A stretch of 63,599 nucleotides of DNA, filler included, from Octopus bimaculoides (GCF_001194135.2; 8 parts of 7 records of this genome joined end to end with filler, not necessarily neighbours in it); one strand, 5' to 3'; counted from the first letter of the whole stretch, positions 38,200 through 51,950 are shown. A program made the numbers and translations. Notes: generated from the sequence alone by a model not told the origin.

Positions 38200-38880
38200 A
38201 AATGACTTGTAAATGCGTTATTAACTTATGAGAAAAAATGCTTCTGTGTCTGGTGAAGCAATTTGAGTCTTGAAGTTTACAACTATCATATTTACACTAA
38301 AATTTGCATTTTAAATTCCTGGTTTGGGTTACATTTCGTGGCAAGTATGAGGTACATTTTCTGGTTTGATGTTGATAATGGGCCTTTTTATTCTGATGCA
38401 TTTGTAGAATATTATGTTAGTTTGTGGTTTGGTGCTGTGCTTTCTTGAATGATAGTTTAAAGAGGTATTCATCAAGTCTACAGTTAGGGTGCATTTGGTT
38501 CGTGTACTCTACAATATACACGGTTTCTGTGCATTTTCTGGGTTTGTATTCATAATACCATTGGTGATGAATTTGTTTTATAATTCAATAGATTGATCTG
38601 CAAACATGTTCCATTATACAGTGTTGATTAATGTTTGTTTAACTATTTGGGTTTTCTTATTTTAAAGCGTCTTTTGTTATTGAAAGTTTAAAGGTTCAGC
38701 TAAGAAGAGATCTTTATCTATGAGGATTTTCACAATACTTGTATATATCTTGCCATTTGTTAGTGTATTCGTTATTGCTATGTCTAAGTCGCAAAATAAC
38801 GTAATTATGTTACATGTGTACTAGCTTTAGGATAAATTATAAATTTGAGGATGGAATTATTTACAAAAGTCTTCTTTTAG
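38200..38880 (-). mobile_element. Highly decayed Penelope-like element fragment
   Basis: FCDLDIAITNTLTNGKIYTSIVKILIDK (RT thumb-like FLD...YRKPT) and RKCTETVYIVEYT (GIY-YIG-like). Confidence 0.4.
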
Positions 38881-38929
38881 TCTATAGATTATTTGCCTGT
38901 TCTTGCGTGTCCTTCCTAATGATTACTTC

Positions 38930-39055
38930 ATTCATTGTAAGCCTAGTACTTATTCTATTGTCCCTTTTGCCGAACTGGTAGATTACGGGGACGTCAACAC
39001 ACCAGTATTGGTTGTCAAGCGATGGTAGGGGTACAAAGAGACACACACGCACACG

Positions 39056-39105
<50 letters not shown>

Positions 39106-39265
39106 CCCCCCCCCCACAAGTATATACGACGGTCGTCTTTCAGTTTCCGTCTTTCAAATCTACTGACAAGGTTTGGTCGGCCGCCCGAAGCTATAGAAGA
39201 CACTTGCCCAAGATGCCACGCAGTAGTACTGAACCCGAACCATGTGGTTAGGATGTAAGCTTCTG
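38930..39265 (-). mobile_element. SINE family A
   Basis: rc gives head, CCTTGGGCAAGTGTC-like body, internal (CA)n and tail. Confidence 0.88.
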
Positions 39266-39734
39266 ATGTTTACCAAACCACCCTGTGTATATAGCAATAT
39301 AAGCTAAATCTGCATTCCAACGGCTAGCCTTCTTGTCCACGGTTACTAAATATTTAACCAATGATCAGGTGTTGATCCTTTGTACAAGTCAAGAAAACAT
39401 CAGAGATTGTGAAGTGTAGTATTTCAAGCGACTGTGAAGGTTCTCATTGCTTGATGTCCATAACTAGATATACGATATGTGCCTTGTGATGCAATACTTA
39501 TGTACGAAGGTATGTGGTATAGTTTATTATGCTTGCTTATATATGGTCTGTGTACATGTGTTTATGTGTGTGTGTGTGTGTGTGTGTGTGCGTGCGAGCA
39601 TATATCTGTGTGCACGTAATTGCTGTGTAAACCAACCATTAAAGATAGTTTGTGTTCAAGAGTATACCTGTGTAAAGTCATAAGGATTTCTGCACACACA
39701 CACACACACACGTACACACACACACGCACACACG

Positions 39735-39799
<65 letters not shown>

Positions 39800-39999
39800 G
39801 CGCGCGCAGACACACGCACACACCTGCTGGGGAGATGGCTATCCTATGCATGATGAGCTTAACCCGAAATATACTGTTACACACAGCACACCAGCTGTCA
39901 TCACATCTCGCTCCTAATTAGTACCACAAACTGGATCCATTGCTAACAGTAGAGTGCCATGACTGGTGGTTTCTGCTGCCTTTGGTCGAAATGTGAGAA

Positions 40000-40082
40000 C
40001 CCAGCGGAAGTGGTTGGCTGTAGAGCAGGGGCGGAGAAAGCCCCGCCCACGAGCCCATTCTATTGCGACCTCAGGCAGGTAT
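40000..40082. promoter_or_regulatory. GC-rich promoter-like motif cluster
   Basis: ETS-like CGGAAGTG 40005-40012, GC boxes GGGGCGGAG 40028-40036 and CCCCGCCC 40041-40048, possible donor CAG|GTATAC at 40078/40079. Confidence 0.3.
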
Positions 40083-40647
40083 ACTTGTATGCAAAAAATA
40101 TAGTAAATTATTCAATTATAAAATTTATACAATATTCGTATACCTATTTGCGACATAGGTCGCGTTTCCACTACGATACCGCTAATATAAGCTGAATATC
40201 CTTATTAATTATGCTGTCAAATATTTTAGAAGGCATTTCGATGATACTCTTTAAAAATCTGACGTGGAATTAAGATTATACACATATTAAGCACAACGTA
40301 TATATGTACTTACAACCATGGGTAAATTGCAGTCTGTAGACGTTCTGAACGGCACCGGCACGCCTAACGTAAAATAAACTTGAATACTTTTTAGCAATAC
40401 AGTCTGCCTGATGATGAGCCATGTCTCATGCAGCATGGTTCTCGAAAAGGGTTGTCATGTTTGTTCTTTGCATGGTACTCGGAGAAAGTGTCATTTACTA
40501 TGACCTCGGATTGATACTTCATGAATGTAATTTGATTGACACAAACTGTGTAAAAGCCTGTCGTATACACACATATATATATGCATATATGCATACATAC
40601 ATTATATATATATATATATATATTATAGATATATAAATATATATATA

Positions 40648-40697
<50 letters not shown>

Positions 40698-40707
40698 NNN
40701 NNNNNNN

Positions 40708-40762
<55 letters not shown>

Positions 40763-40947
40763 TTATGTTCTCTGTCTTTTCAGTTGATTTACTTGATTTC
40801 ATTTCCATTTTTTTACGTTGGCGCTTTCCAGAGAGGGATGCTGAAATCATAATAACTAGGGATAAAATCTTGACTGTAGAAATGGATTTATCTGTGTCTG
40901 TTTTTTGTCCTTTCTATTGATTATTGTACACATCTTTTACTGTTATT

Positions 40948-41012
<65 letters not shown>

Positions 41013-41138
41013 NNNNNNNNNNNNNNNNNNNNNNNNNNNNNNNNNNNNNNNNNNNNTTAATTAATTAANNNNNNNNNNNNNNNNNNNNNNNNNNNNNNNN
41101 NNNNNNNNNNNNTGTTAGTAGACTTTTGATAGTCTCAG

Positions 41139-41198
<60 letters not shown>

Positions 41199-41202
41199 AT
41201 AT

Positions 41203-41384
41203 ATAGGTGTAGGAGTGGCTGTGGTAAGTAGCTTACTAACGAACCTCATGGTCCCAAGTTCAGTCCCACTGCGTGGCACCTTGGGCAAATGTCTTCTACT
41301 ATAGCCTCGGGCCGTCCAAAGCTTTGTGAGTGGATTTGGTAGACGGAAACTGAAAGAAGCCCGTCGTATATATGTATATATCTA

Positions 41385-41425
<41 letters not shown>

Positions 41426-41643
41426 TTGTGTGTCTGTGTTTGTCCCCCTAACATCACTTGACAACCGATGTTGGTGTGTTTACGTCCCCGTAACTTAGCG
41501 GTTCGGCAAAAGAGACCATAGAATAAGTACTAGGCTTACAAAGAATAAGTCCTGGGGTTGATTAGCTCGACTAATGGCGGTTCTCCAGCATGGCCTCAGT
41601 CAAATGACTGAAACAAATAAAAGAGTAAAAGAGTAAAAAAGAG
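41203..41643 (+). mobile_element. SINE family A, full length
   Basis: Head, B-box AGTTCAGTCCC, GTGGCACCTTGGGCAAATGTC, internal (TG)n, tail ending in (GAGTAAAA)n. Confidence 0.92.
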
Positions 41644-42039
41644 TATATATAATATATATACACATACTGTTTAGAATTTACACATACTGTTTAGAATTAA
41701 ACTAACGTGTAGATTTCTAAGTGGAAATCTCATGTATGTATAGGAAAACTTACATCCCAAATCAAAAGAAAGAAATAACTAAGTAATACAATACTTTTTC
41801 TACCACGAACAGTTTTGTATCCAGTAGAAACTAAAACGGAGGTTTGTTGTGTGTAACGCGGAATTATTAAATGAAACTTTAAAGCTATCAAAACTGAAGC
41901 ATCATCTTTCAAATGAATAACTTAAAATAGACAATCCAGAAGATTTGAATAACAATGGCTATTCAAGCTAAAAAGAAAAAAAAACCTGCTGGTTTCATAT
42001 GTAACAACATTTTATTTTACTTAAAATGTCCTATATTGT

Positions 42040-43312
42040 GTCAGAAATCATTACAATGTTTGTGAAAACGCATATAGTTGATGAATGTTTGATTCCTAAC
42101 GCTGCATATGAAATGTACCGTTGTGCAGCCAGTGAAAATACTGCATTGAAGATGAAATCAATACTACTTTCGAATGACAGGGAATCCTAGAATAAATGAA
42201 ATGTCAAATGATTCGCTAAGTCAACGAAGATAACAGAACTCATACGTTTGTGATACATTCAGATGAAAGCACCAATGTTGCTAGTCAAGCACAGATGTTA
42301 TGTTATGTTCGATATCTTTATAAAAATAAATTCAACGAAATTCTTTTCTTTTCTTTTATTTCTTAGACTGCAAACTACATCAACTAAAATTCCTCCAAGT
42401 TTCGATAACTTTTCTAATTTGTATGTGAGTATGATTGCTGCAATATGCATAGTGAGTGCTACTAACATGACAGGAAAGTACAGTAGATTTTACGCCAGAA
42501 TCAAACAACTGCATTTCATTAAAATCAATCCAATAAATGTTAGATGATTCCCTAAATAATGTAATGTAGCAAGAGTAACTTACAAAAACTCTCTGCTGCA
42601 CTAAAAATGAAATGGCCATCATGCAGAAAGGTTTCTCAGGGAGTATTGAACCTTCGTGAAAATATAATTGATTTTCTTTTATCATAGGAAAAAAATTACA
42701 TTTAGTCAATTTTATTGAGTGTTGAGAGATTTTATGTTACAATTCCTCTTCTTCTTTCGACGTAGATGAACATCCTATTCTAACTAATCGGGATTCATAG
42801 TACCGGTTGTACTATTCATTCTTTCGATCGCTGAATGCAGAACTGGCTAGCAAAACCTCTGTTCTGGTGATTTTCCTGAGTCACCATCTCACCCTTGTAT
42901 GCCAATCTGTCTCAAGACAACTCATTTACAGTGTGGAGTGAACTAGAGCAATATGAGGTGTTTGCCTATGAACACAACGCACAGCCGGGTTGGGAATCGA
43001 AACCACGATCACGCGCTCATAAGTGCAACACCCTTACCACAAGGTCAATTATCTCAGTGACACTTTAGATTACGTCTATGCCATCGATGTGACCCTCTAA
43101 GGAAAGCATTGAAATCTGCCTCTGCAAAATAATGAATAAAAGAAGTAGTGCATCTCTCAAATTCTGTTGCGGTCAACTTTACCTTTCATCCTTTTGTGAC
43201 ACATTCAACCAGTATCCGAAGTTTCAAACTGTTTAGTTAAAAAAATTAATTAAAAAACCTGTGTCTGGGATTGAAAAGATCCGATGTTACTAACCCATTT
43301 GAGAACCACTAG
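42040..43312 (+). mobile_element. Decayed hAT (Buster/ZBED5-type) transposon interrupted by a SINE
   Basis: KTHIVDECLIP..., SILLSND, DESTNVASQAQMLCYVRY, NMTGKYS. 3' terminus TTTGAGAACCACT at ~43298-43310. Confidence 0.7.
42800..43045 (-). mobile_element. SINE family C inserted in the hAT relic
   Basis: rc reads GTGGTAAGGGTGTTGCACT...GTGGTTTCGATTCCCAACCCGGC.GTGCGTTGTGTTC. Confidence 0.75.
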
Positions 43313-44150
43313 TTTAGAGTATTTAAAAGAGTTGACTACCATTTAATTGTTCTTATGGTAGGTTAGGTAATTAGCTACGTGAGTAAAAGTAATACTGCTG
43401 AAGTCCGTTCATAGAGACTGATATCATCAGATAATTTTGATTTAGAATAGATTGTGAGATTGATAAACTTGTCGATAACATACGATTTTTATGATAGGTA
43501 TCAACAAGCATCTCTGCTTGCAGCTAAACAAGTGGTTGTCGATGACATTCATTCTTTTTGACAGGTATCAGCTGTCAGTTTTGGTTGCTTCTAGGCAACT
43601 TAATCACGCGGCTTGTACTGTTGGTGGGACGCCAGCTCTTTTTCACAGGCGGAGCGAATATTTTCGCGCAATATTAGATTATTGTACAGTATATTTGAAC
43701 TAGTATTCAATTCTGATATATTTTGTTTGCTTTTGTTATTTCTTATTCTTCATTAAGAATATATACATCCAACTTTGAAAGTTATTTTCAGTGTAACTCA
43801 ACTTTCACTGCCATTTCTTTTATCTTCAATATATAAGATTTCTACACTTCCAAGATCTATGTAATTCACTTCTATTTATGCTTTATCTTTCCTCCAAGGA
43901 TATGATTAGTTCATCAGATATTTATTCTTTCCAAATAACCCTGTCATTTTCTTGGCCATCTAATTTCACTTTATAAATGTTTATACCTTCTATTTCGCTT
44001 ACTTGCAATTAAATATTTTACGACAGAATGTCATAATACTTTCTCTTTACAATATTGCTCCAGATAATAAGATAACCTATAAATCTTTTTATTACTATTT
44101 TCAGGTAACTTCACCTCATCAGTTCATAATATACATGTATATAAATGCAT

Positions 44151-44524
44151 GTGGAGGCGCAATGTCCCAGTGGTTAGGGCAGCGGACTCGTGGTCATAGG
44201 ATCGCGGTTTCGACTCCCAGACCGAGCGTTGTGAGTGTTTATTGAGCGAAAGCACCTAAAGCTCCACGAGGCTCCGACAGAGGGTGGTGGCGAACCCTGC
44301 TGTACTCTCTCACCACAACTTTCTCTCACTCTTTTTTCCTGTTTCTGTACCTATATTTCAAAGGGTCAGCCTTGTCACACTCTATCACGCTGAATATCCC
44401 GAGAACTAGGTTAAAGGTACACGTGTCTGTGGAGTGCTCAGCCACTTGCACGTTAATTTTACGAGCAGACTGTTCCGTTGGTTGGATCAACTGGAACCCT
44501 CATCGTCGTAACCGACGGAGTGCC
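44151..44524 (+). mobile_element. tRNA-derived SINE family D, apparently full length
   Basis: tRNA-like head GGCGCAATGTCCCAGTGGTTAGGGCAGCGGACT...GGTTTCGACTCCC followed by a distinct body ending AACCGACGGAGTGCC. Confidence 0.75.
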
Positions 44525-44704
44525 GCGTATATGTACTTGATATTTTTTTAATTCTTTTTTATGATATTTTATATATAGGATTTTAATTCTTCTTTATCGT
44601 TTTCTTTAATTTAATTTGCACACACACACACATTTATACACATATATAACCTGAAGGATATAATTTTCTCATACCACTAAAAATATATCAATATACATAC
44701 ATAC

Positions 44705-44765
<61 letters not shown>

Positions 44766-44824
44766 TATATACTTACCCATATGCACACAGTTACATCTAT
44801 ACATATAAATATATGCATATACGA

Positions 44825-45240
44825 GTACATGGAATATGAAGTATTTTTTCAAACAACGAAAGACACAAATGGAAAACAAGACAAACAACATAAAGAACGA
44901 CCCTTCATCAGTTGTTGGCTGTTTCTCTACTCCCATATTTCGAGCATTTAACAACATTATATGCTTTCGATAAAACAGTTGCTCCCGCAAAGCAAATTAA
45001 ATAAACTTTGGGATTTTGCGGAGGGTCAAAATTGGTGACACAAACAGGACAGTTAAAACAAAGAGGAAGGGCTACTAAGCCTAAACGAGGTTATGGTGGC
45101 GAACGCGTAAATCAAGCTTGGAAGGAGACAGATAAGAACACGTCTTCCTTGTTCTAGCTACAACGGAGAGAAAGAAAGAAACACAAGTTAGGAGAAGAAA
45201 GAAAGATGGCTGATGGTCACGTGGGAATCACGTTAGCAAG
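44825..45240 (+). mobile_element. Repeat family R, copy 2
   Basis: Aligns by eye with rc of 56540-56995 over ~230 bp and in the terminal AAGAAAGATGG..GGTCACGTG block. Confidence 0.8.
44901..44984 (-). ncRNA. Candidate strand-permuted hammerhead ribozyme, copy 2
   Basis: GAGCA A CTGTTT TATCGAAAG CATAT A ATGTTG TTAAA TGCTC GAAA TATG GGAGTAGAG AAACAG C CAACAA CTGATGA. Stem III CATAT:ATATG, stem I TGTTG:CAACA. Confidence 0.55.
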
Positions 45241-45639
45241 GGAGGAGGAGTGAGGGAGAAAGAATGACAAAGTAATAGAATAGAATAGTGGGAGAAGAGG
45301 AGGTAAAAGAATAAGAGGGTGAAAGAGAGAAAAATGAAAATGTAAAAAGATTGTATAGAGTGCGCATTAGAATTATTACGATAAAACTTTGAGAAAAAAG
45401 TCGTCAGAATTCTGGAGAAAAATCCTTTTACTTCATTATTATTAACGCTTTCGTTCCTTTCTAGAACGTGTCAATTAAAATTTTGTGAATGTACAAACAG
45501 CTTGTTCATTTATATAAAACATGTTTCTTTTGGGGGGTGGTGGTGTTTAGAACAGAATATTGTTATTGTTTTTTGGGGGGTGAGGTTCCATGACAATGGA
45601 GATGGATAGATTGGAATATAAGTAGGTAGATCGGCTGAT

Positions 45640-45691
<52 letters not shown>

Positions 45692-45802
45692 GCGTAGAGA
45701 GAAAAGGAGTATCCACCTTCCTATTCCCCATTCATTCATTAATTTATTTAGCTAGTCCTTTACCATTGTATTGGAATGGGTTTAAGGATGGTTGCCTCTT
45801 CA

Positions 45803-45856
<54 letters not shown>

Positions 45857-46229
45857 CAGGTGCAGTTTGGTCATCATTGAAAGTCATTTTGTTTTATTTC
45901 TCACTTCACCCTTCTTTTTCTTTTTCCTCTTCCTTCCTTTTTCCACCTTTCTTTCTTTTTCTCCTCTTTGAGTTATATTTAGAATATATCCCTTCTAAAC
46001 ATTAAGTTTTGGAGGGAATTTTTTTGATAAAGTGTAGTTCTGTATGAAAATACATTAGTATAATATCTCGAAATTAACAACTTNNNNNNNNNNNNNNNNN
46101 NNNNNNNNNNNNNNNNNNNNNNNNNNNTTAATTAATTAANNNNNNNNNNNNNNNNNNNNNNNNNNNNNNNNNNNNNNNNNNNNCCGAAATTGCTGGTTTC
46201 GTGCCAAAATTTGAAACCAATCAACACAT

Positions 46230-46478
46230 AAGGCATCGAGTTGGCAGAATCGTTAGCACGCTGGGCGAAATGCTTAGCGGTATTTCATCTACCGCTACGT
46301 TCTGAGTTCAAATTAAATTCTGCCGAAGTCGACTTAGCCTTTCATCTTTTCGGGGTCGATTAAATAAGCACCAGTTACGCACTGGGGTCGATGTAATCGA
46401 CTTAATCCCTTTGTCTGTCCGTGTTTGTCCCCTCTATGTTTAGCCCCTTGTGGGCAGTAAAGAAATAAGAATCGTTAG
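46230..46478 (+). mobile_element. SINE family B
   Basis: GGCAGAATCGTTAGCACG...GAGTTCAAAT...GGGGTCGAT. Confidence 0.9.
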
Positions 46479-46967
46479 NNNNNNNNNNNNNNNNNNNNNN
46501 NNNNNNNNNNNNNNNNNNNNNNNNNNNNNNNNNNNNNNNNNNNNNNNNNNNNNNNNNNNNNNNNNNNNNNNNNNNNNNNNNNNNNNNNNNNNNNNNNNNN
46601 NNNNNNNNNNNNNNNNNNNNNNNNNNNNNNNNNNNNNNNNNNNNNNNNNNNNNNNNNNNNNNNNNNNNNNNNNNNNNNNNNNNNNNNNNNNNNNNNNNNN
46701 NNNNNNNNNNNNNNNNNNNNNNNNNNNNNNNNNNNNNNNNNNNNNNNNNNNNNNNNNNNNNNNNNNNNNNNNNNNNNNNNNNNNNNNNNNNNNNNNNNNN
46801 NNNNNNNNNNNNNNNNNNNNNNNNNNNNNNNNCACCGACGAGACCCCTACCCACAAAAAATTTCAGTCTGTGTGTCCCGTAGCAAAAAGAATTACACCAA
46901 AACAACGGTTGCGAAGTTTACTGCTTAAACACACATCTTTGATCGTTATACAGATATATGTATGTGC

Positions 46968-47053
46968 GTGTGTGTGCGTGTATATTGTGTGTGTGCGTGT
47001 ATATTGTGTGTGTGCGTGTATATTGTGTGTGTGCGTGTATATTGTGTGTGTGT
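46968..47053. repeat. 19-bp tandem repeat (GTGTGTGTGCGTGTATATT)x~4.5
   Basis: TATATT anchors at 46981, 47000, 47019 and 47038. Confidence 0.92.
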
Positions 47054-47054
47054 G

Positions 47055-47610
47055 ATGTCGTCATATGCAAGAAAGAAATTAGGACACGTCTAGCCATGGC
47101 AAAAACGTCCATGGAAAAGCTTAGTAACGTCTGGAGTGGCAAAAGATGAAAACGAGGCTAGAGCGAGCGTTCATTTGGTCAATAGGCGTTTATGGTTGCG
47201 AAGTATGAACTCTGAACAAATTTGAAGAAAACGCAATCTGCGTTTGCAATGTGGACGTATAGGAGAATGTTACGAGTGTTTTACATGGACCATCGGATAA
47301 ATGAATGGCTGCTACAACAAATAGGCGGAAGATGGCAAGTCCAAAGCGTTGTGAAAAATTAAAATCTCGTCTATTGTGGCCATTGGGAAACATTATCATG
47401 GAAGGAAGAATAAAGGGTAGTAGGTGAAGGGGCAGGCAACGAACGTAATGGATGGACAATGCGACAAACTTGTTGGACAGGAGTGACAAAGCAGCTGGAG
47501 AATTCGCGTTTAATGTCAAAGGCTTCCATTGCAGTGACATCAATGCGCTGCAGGCAGACGATACATGACGACGACAACAACGACGACGACAACGACAACG
47601 ACGACGACCA
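47055..47610 (+). mobile_element. RTE-clade LINE 3' fragment with (GAC/AAC)n tail
   Basis: CKKEIRTRLAMAKTSMEKL, VYGCE, FAMWTYRRMLRV, IIMEGRIKGSR*RGRQR. Confidence 0.85.
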
Positions 47611-47918
47611 TATTTATTTTATTCTAATTAAATTAGAACAGATGGACACATTAGTATAACTATACCTAAAATCTCCAAGAAGTTAAGGAGATAGATAGAG
47701 AACATGTTGCCTCTATTACAACTGTTCTAATTTACTTAAATTCTATGTCTTTGTGCAGCTGAGGATTGCTCTGCATTTTAAATTGGTGTAATGATTGCAT
47801 TTTGCATTGTTCAATTCAATGGAATTGCATGAAACGATCGTACTGCATTACCTATAGATATCCATGTTGCTTATTTATACATATATATATATATATATAT
47901 AAACATACACACACAGAG

Positions 47919-48151
47919 TAGAGGCTGCTGAAAAGTTCCTGGCTTTAAGCGTATCGCGAAAGGTCTGGCTGGAGGCCCAGTCTTCCTCGTTCTTTTACAG
48001 GGCTTACAAAAAAAAAAAAGAACGATCGCTGAAATAAGCGTGTGAATCTGAGAGGGGAATATGTTAAACAACATCATAATTAACTGATCCTCCTGTATTT
48101 TCTCTTACCCAAAGCCAGGAACTTTTCAGCCACTTCTCCCACCCCCTCGTA
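47919..48151 (+). mobile_element. Non-autonomous mariner derivative
   Basis: TIR cores GCTGAAAAGTTCCTGGCTTT / AAAGCCAGGAACTTTTCAGC. Internal NKRVNLRGEYVKQ (transposase C-terminus). Ends CCTCGTA. Confidence 0.85.
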
Positions 48152-48528
48152 CATACATACCGACATTACACATAAGACTTGCTCATTAACATATTTGTGA
48201 TAATTTATTCATCGAAGCGTGTGAATCAATGTGTTTAAATTGTATTTTGGAAAGTTTCTTGGCGTTGGATGCTCAACACACCACTATACGTTTGTGGTAC
48301 AATGTACGGGTATACAGCATGCGATAGTACATGGGTGGTACAACAGGTAGTGTTTGTTCATACACTACAAATTTTCGGTAGCGCAGTATACGTGTGTTTG
48401 ATACTGTATAGTACATTGCGAGTACAACCGTTTCCTCCTACCATCAATAATAATGAAGACCATTTAGCTACCCTGTAATGCGGTCATTAATTTAGGTTAA
48501 CGTATTATACACACAAACACATGCACGC

Positions 48529-48574
<46 letters not shown>

Positions 48575-50007
48575 NNNNNNNNNNNNNNNNNNNNNNNNNN
48601 NNNNNNNNNNNNNNNNNNTTAATTAATTAANNNNNNNNNNNNNNNNNNNNNNNNNNNNNNNNNNNNNNNNNNNNCGCTTAGACATATTCGAAGCGCTGAT
48701 GAAGTTATAAGGTGTTATTCAGGTACTCACCGTCCACTGCATCTTATTGCAGAAACAAACAGCTGTAAGCTAATGAAGTTCTTAAGATAATCGTTTATTC
48801 CTTTGTCATCCCATATATTCAAAATTTGCGGATCGACATTATTATGTTGAGTAGAAATACGATGATAATCTCATTTCATCTGTTAACTCCAATAGCTATC
48901 AATATTCATTTTCCATTGGACAAGAAACACCAAATTTTTAATTTGCGTGTCGTTCGAAAACAAGCTAAAAACAACTGAAATTTCGCATGATTTATCAATC
49001 ATGTGTAGCAATGCTAATTTTTTTTGTTTTTACTATTGTTGTAGTTGTTTTATTCTTGATAGAATTGCGGAAATTTTTTTTTATCAAATTATTGATTTTT
49101 CTTTAACAACATTTTTTGTTGAGTGGGAGGGTCAAATGTCACGTAACTCTTACACTTCTTCGAAACTACTTTAGACATCTACAACATGGCGTTACATATA
49201 ACAATGTACTGCTCAGACATTCTGCACATGCAATGGAGCAATTTGAAATCATTACGTAGCAAATAAACATGTTTTGTATTTGTCTTCAATCCTATTCGTA
49301 ATTTTTTAATGGAAGTATTTTTATTTTATTTTTCGAATCTTTTATATGTCTATATTTGAGATTGTGATCGCGTCGTGCTGTTTGGTTGGCTGTCAGAACC
49401 TAAAGTATTCGTGCAAACAGATGAGATCTGACACCAAATCGACTGATTGTCGGGCAAGTCGGGTTAAGTGAATTGCTGAAGATAAAGCGCAACACCTGCA
49501 ACAGAGTTTTCGTGCACTGCTTACGATACTCAGAAGCATTCTTGATAAGTAGCTGAACACCGATACAGATTAAAGATGAATTACCAATAGATGAAATTAT
49601 AATCTTTTCACTGTAAATACATCGCATCATCATTAGTAACTATAACCATTTTGGTTAATCGTTTGGATTAAGAGAAGTCTTTGTCCATTATTAAATCTTT
49701 ACAGAATGTACTATAACGTGTTAGTGAAACTAGAGAGGGAACTGGCTTGCAGACAGTTCGAGACGACCAACCTCGGGATTTATCTCAGCTGGCAGCCAAA
49801 ACTAAGAGAAGTATACACNNNNNNNNNNNNNNNNNNNNNNNNNNNNNNNNNNNNNNNNNNNNNNNNNNNNNNNNNNNNNNNNNNNNNNNNNNNNNNNNNN
49901 NNNNNNNNNNNNNNNNNNNNNNNNNNNNNNNNNNNNNNNNNNNNNNNNNNNNNNNNNNNNNNNNNNNNNNNNNNNNNNNNNNNNNNNNNNNNNNNNNNNN
50001 NNNNNNN

Positions 50008-50045
<38 letters not shown>

Positions 50046-50814
50046 AATCACATATGTTGTCTAAAGATTATCATCCAGATAATTCAGTTTATAAGATGTG
50101 AATATAATATCTTCAAAGAATGTGTATCTCAAAGATTATGTTTGGCTGTGTTTAACACTAATAAATCTAATAAGGTAGAGATAAATATATTGCTATGTAA
50201 ATGATAAAGCCATACATCTGTCTAATTGCGATATGGTAATATATTATATCTATAGCTGCGAAAATAAACTATTCATTAAAAATGTTAATTGGTAAATTGG
50301 TGGATAAAATTATGTCTAAAAATTAATGTTTAAGAAACTTTTGTAATTTCAAATAAAATGTATTTGGTTGGAAAGTTAGTAAAGAAAATACAGGCATTTT
50401 ATTTATAGCAATTTTAAAATGATATATGTAGCTTATTACATTAAGGCGGTCAATTACTAATTAAAACTGTAATTAAAAATTAGAAAAAGTTAATTGGCGG
50501 AATACTTAATAACTTATCATCATACGTTTGTTTCCAACAAAACGCCTACTAACATCGCTTGTAATGGAGTATCTATTTGTGACAACAGTAACAACATCAA
50601 CAACAAAGAAACATTAAAACACCAATAATTTTCCTTGCTGCTGCTAAAAGTTCTTCAGTTTTAAGCTTGGTTTAGTATTCAACTGGACCCAGAGCTTCTA
50701 CAATCATACGAACTATTTTGTATCAATATTCTACATTTCGTTATCTACGTTTTTCGATCTCCTTCATTGCGATAAAAATCATCAGTTGGGGAAAGCTACC
50801 TTAGTTACAATATG

Positions 50815-50970
50815 CTTGGCCGTGTAATTAAGAGGTTCACTCCACAACTATGTTGTTTGGGTGCCGAGTTTGATTCCACTATTTGGAATCTTCAGCAAGT
50901 GTCTTCTACCACAGCCTTGGGTTTACCAATACATAATGTATTGAACAGAGGAGATAGACACGGTGTGGTG
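50815..50970 (+). mobile_element. SINE family A, degenerate 5' part
   Basis: GAGTTTGATTCCACT...GCAAGTGTCTTCTACCACAGCCTTGGG. Confidence 0.6.
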
Positions 50971-50997
50971 ATCCACTGTGTGTGTGTGTGTGTGTGC

Positions 50998-51034
<37 letters not shown>

Positions 51035-51739
51035 TAGATCTGTGTGTGTGTAAGCACGCGCGTATGTGTGTACATGATTGCGTGTGTGTATAAAACTTTA
51101 AAAAACAGTGCTTCACGAACCATGAGGTATTTATTCTGTATTAAGTTACAGACACTCTGTTTCGAGATCTATAACCAACAAGGCTAATTTCATAAATTGC
51201 AATATAAAATTAAGATGATTATACATAAATGAATTTTAAATTTCTTATCATTTATAATAATATTGAGACATTAACTCCTCTCGTCATGCCACAATACGTT
51301 CCACCGTTTCACATATATCCTTTTAATCATTCATCACTTGGAGTATGTATTTCAATGCAACACAGCTAGGTAACCATGCTATCTTATTACTTCAAAATGT
51401 CCTTCAAACTGGTGACACATACTGTATTCTAAGAAATCTGATTTTCACTTTCTTCAGTAACGATGCAATCGTTTTTAAAACTGTTCATGGAGTGCTTTTG
51501 AAATAATTCGATGTTTATTTTCTCAATAATTCGAATGTTAGTTTATTTCCTTTCGACTTTTGAGTGTGTAATCTAAATATTGTTTATAGTTCATTGCTGA
51601 ATGTGTATGACTTCCATTGTTCTTAATGCTCCGAGGATTACTTCTTCGTTTTCAACATTCTAATGATTTGATAATTCAACTTCTGTTCGTGTGTCGAACG
51701 GACATCATGGGTCAATAAGGAAATATTTCTTTTCCTCTT

Positions 51740-51950
51740 GCTCTTCTACGTCTTTCAGTCGTTTGACTGCGGCCATACTGTAGCACCGCCTTGAAGGTTT
51801 TTAGTGGAACAAGTCGACCCCATGTCTTATTTTTTAAGCCTAATACTTATTCTATCATTCTTTTGCCGAACCACTAAGTTACGGGGGCGTAAACACAACA
51901 ACACCGGTTGTCAATTGTGGTGGGGAACAAACACAGACACAAAGACGTAA
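51740..51950 (-). mobile_element. SINE family A, 3' half
   Basis: TTTCAGTCGTTTGACTGCGGCCAT...AAGCCTAATACTTATTCTATC...TAAGTTACGGGG. Confidence 0.85.

Noticed and set aside
41661-41697. 20-bp tandem duplication after a SINE tail
   Set aside because: Ordinary slippage duplication with no further structure.
44151-44225. tRNA gene
   Set aside because: A and B boxes are present, but there is no complete cloverleaf and it continues into a SINE body.
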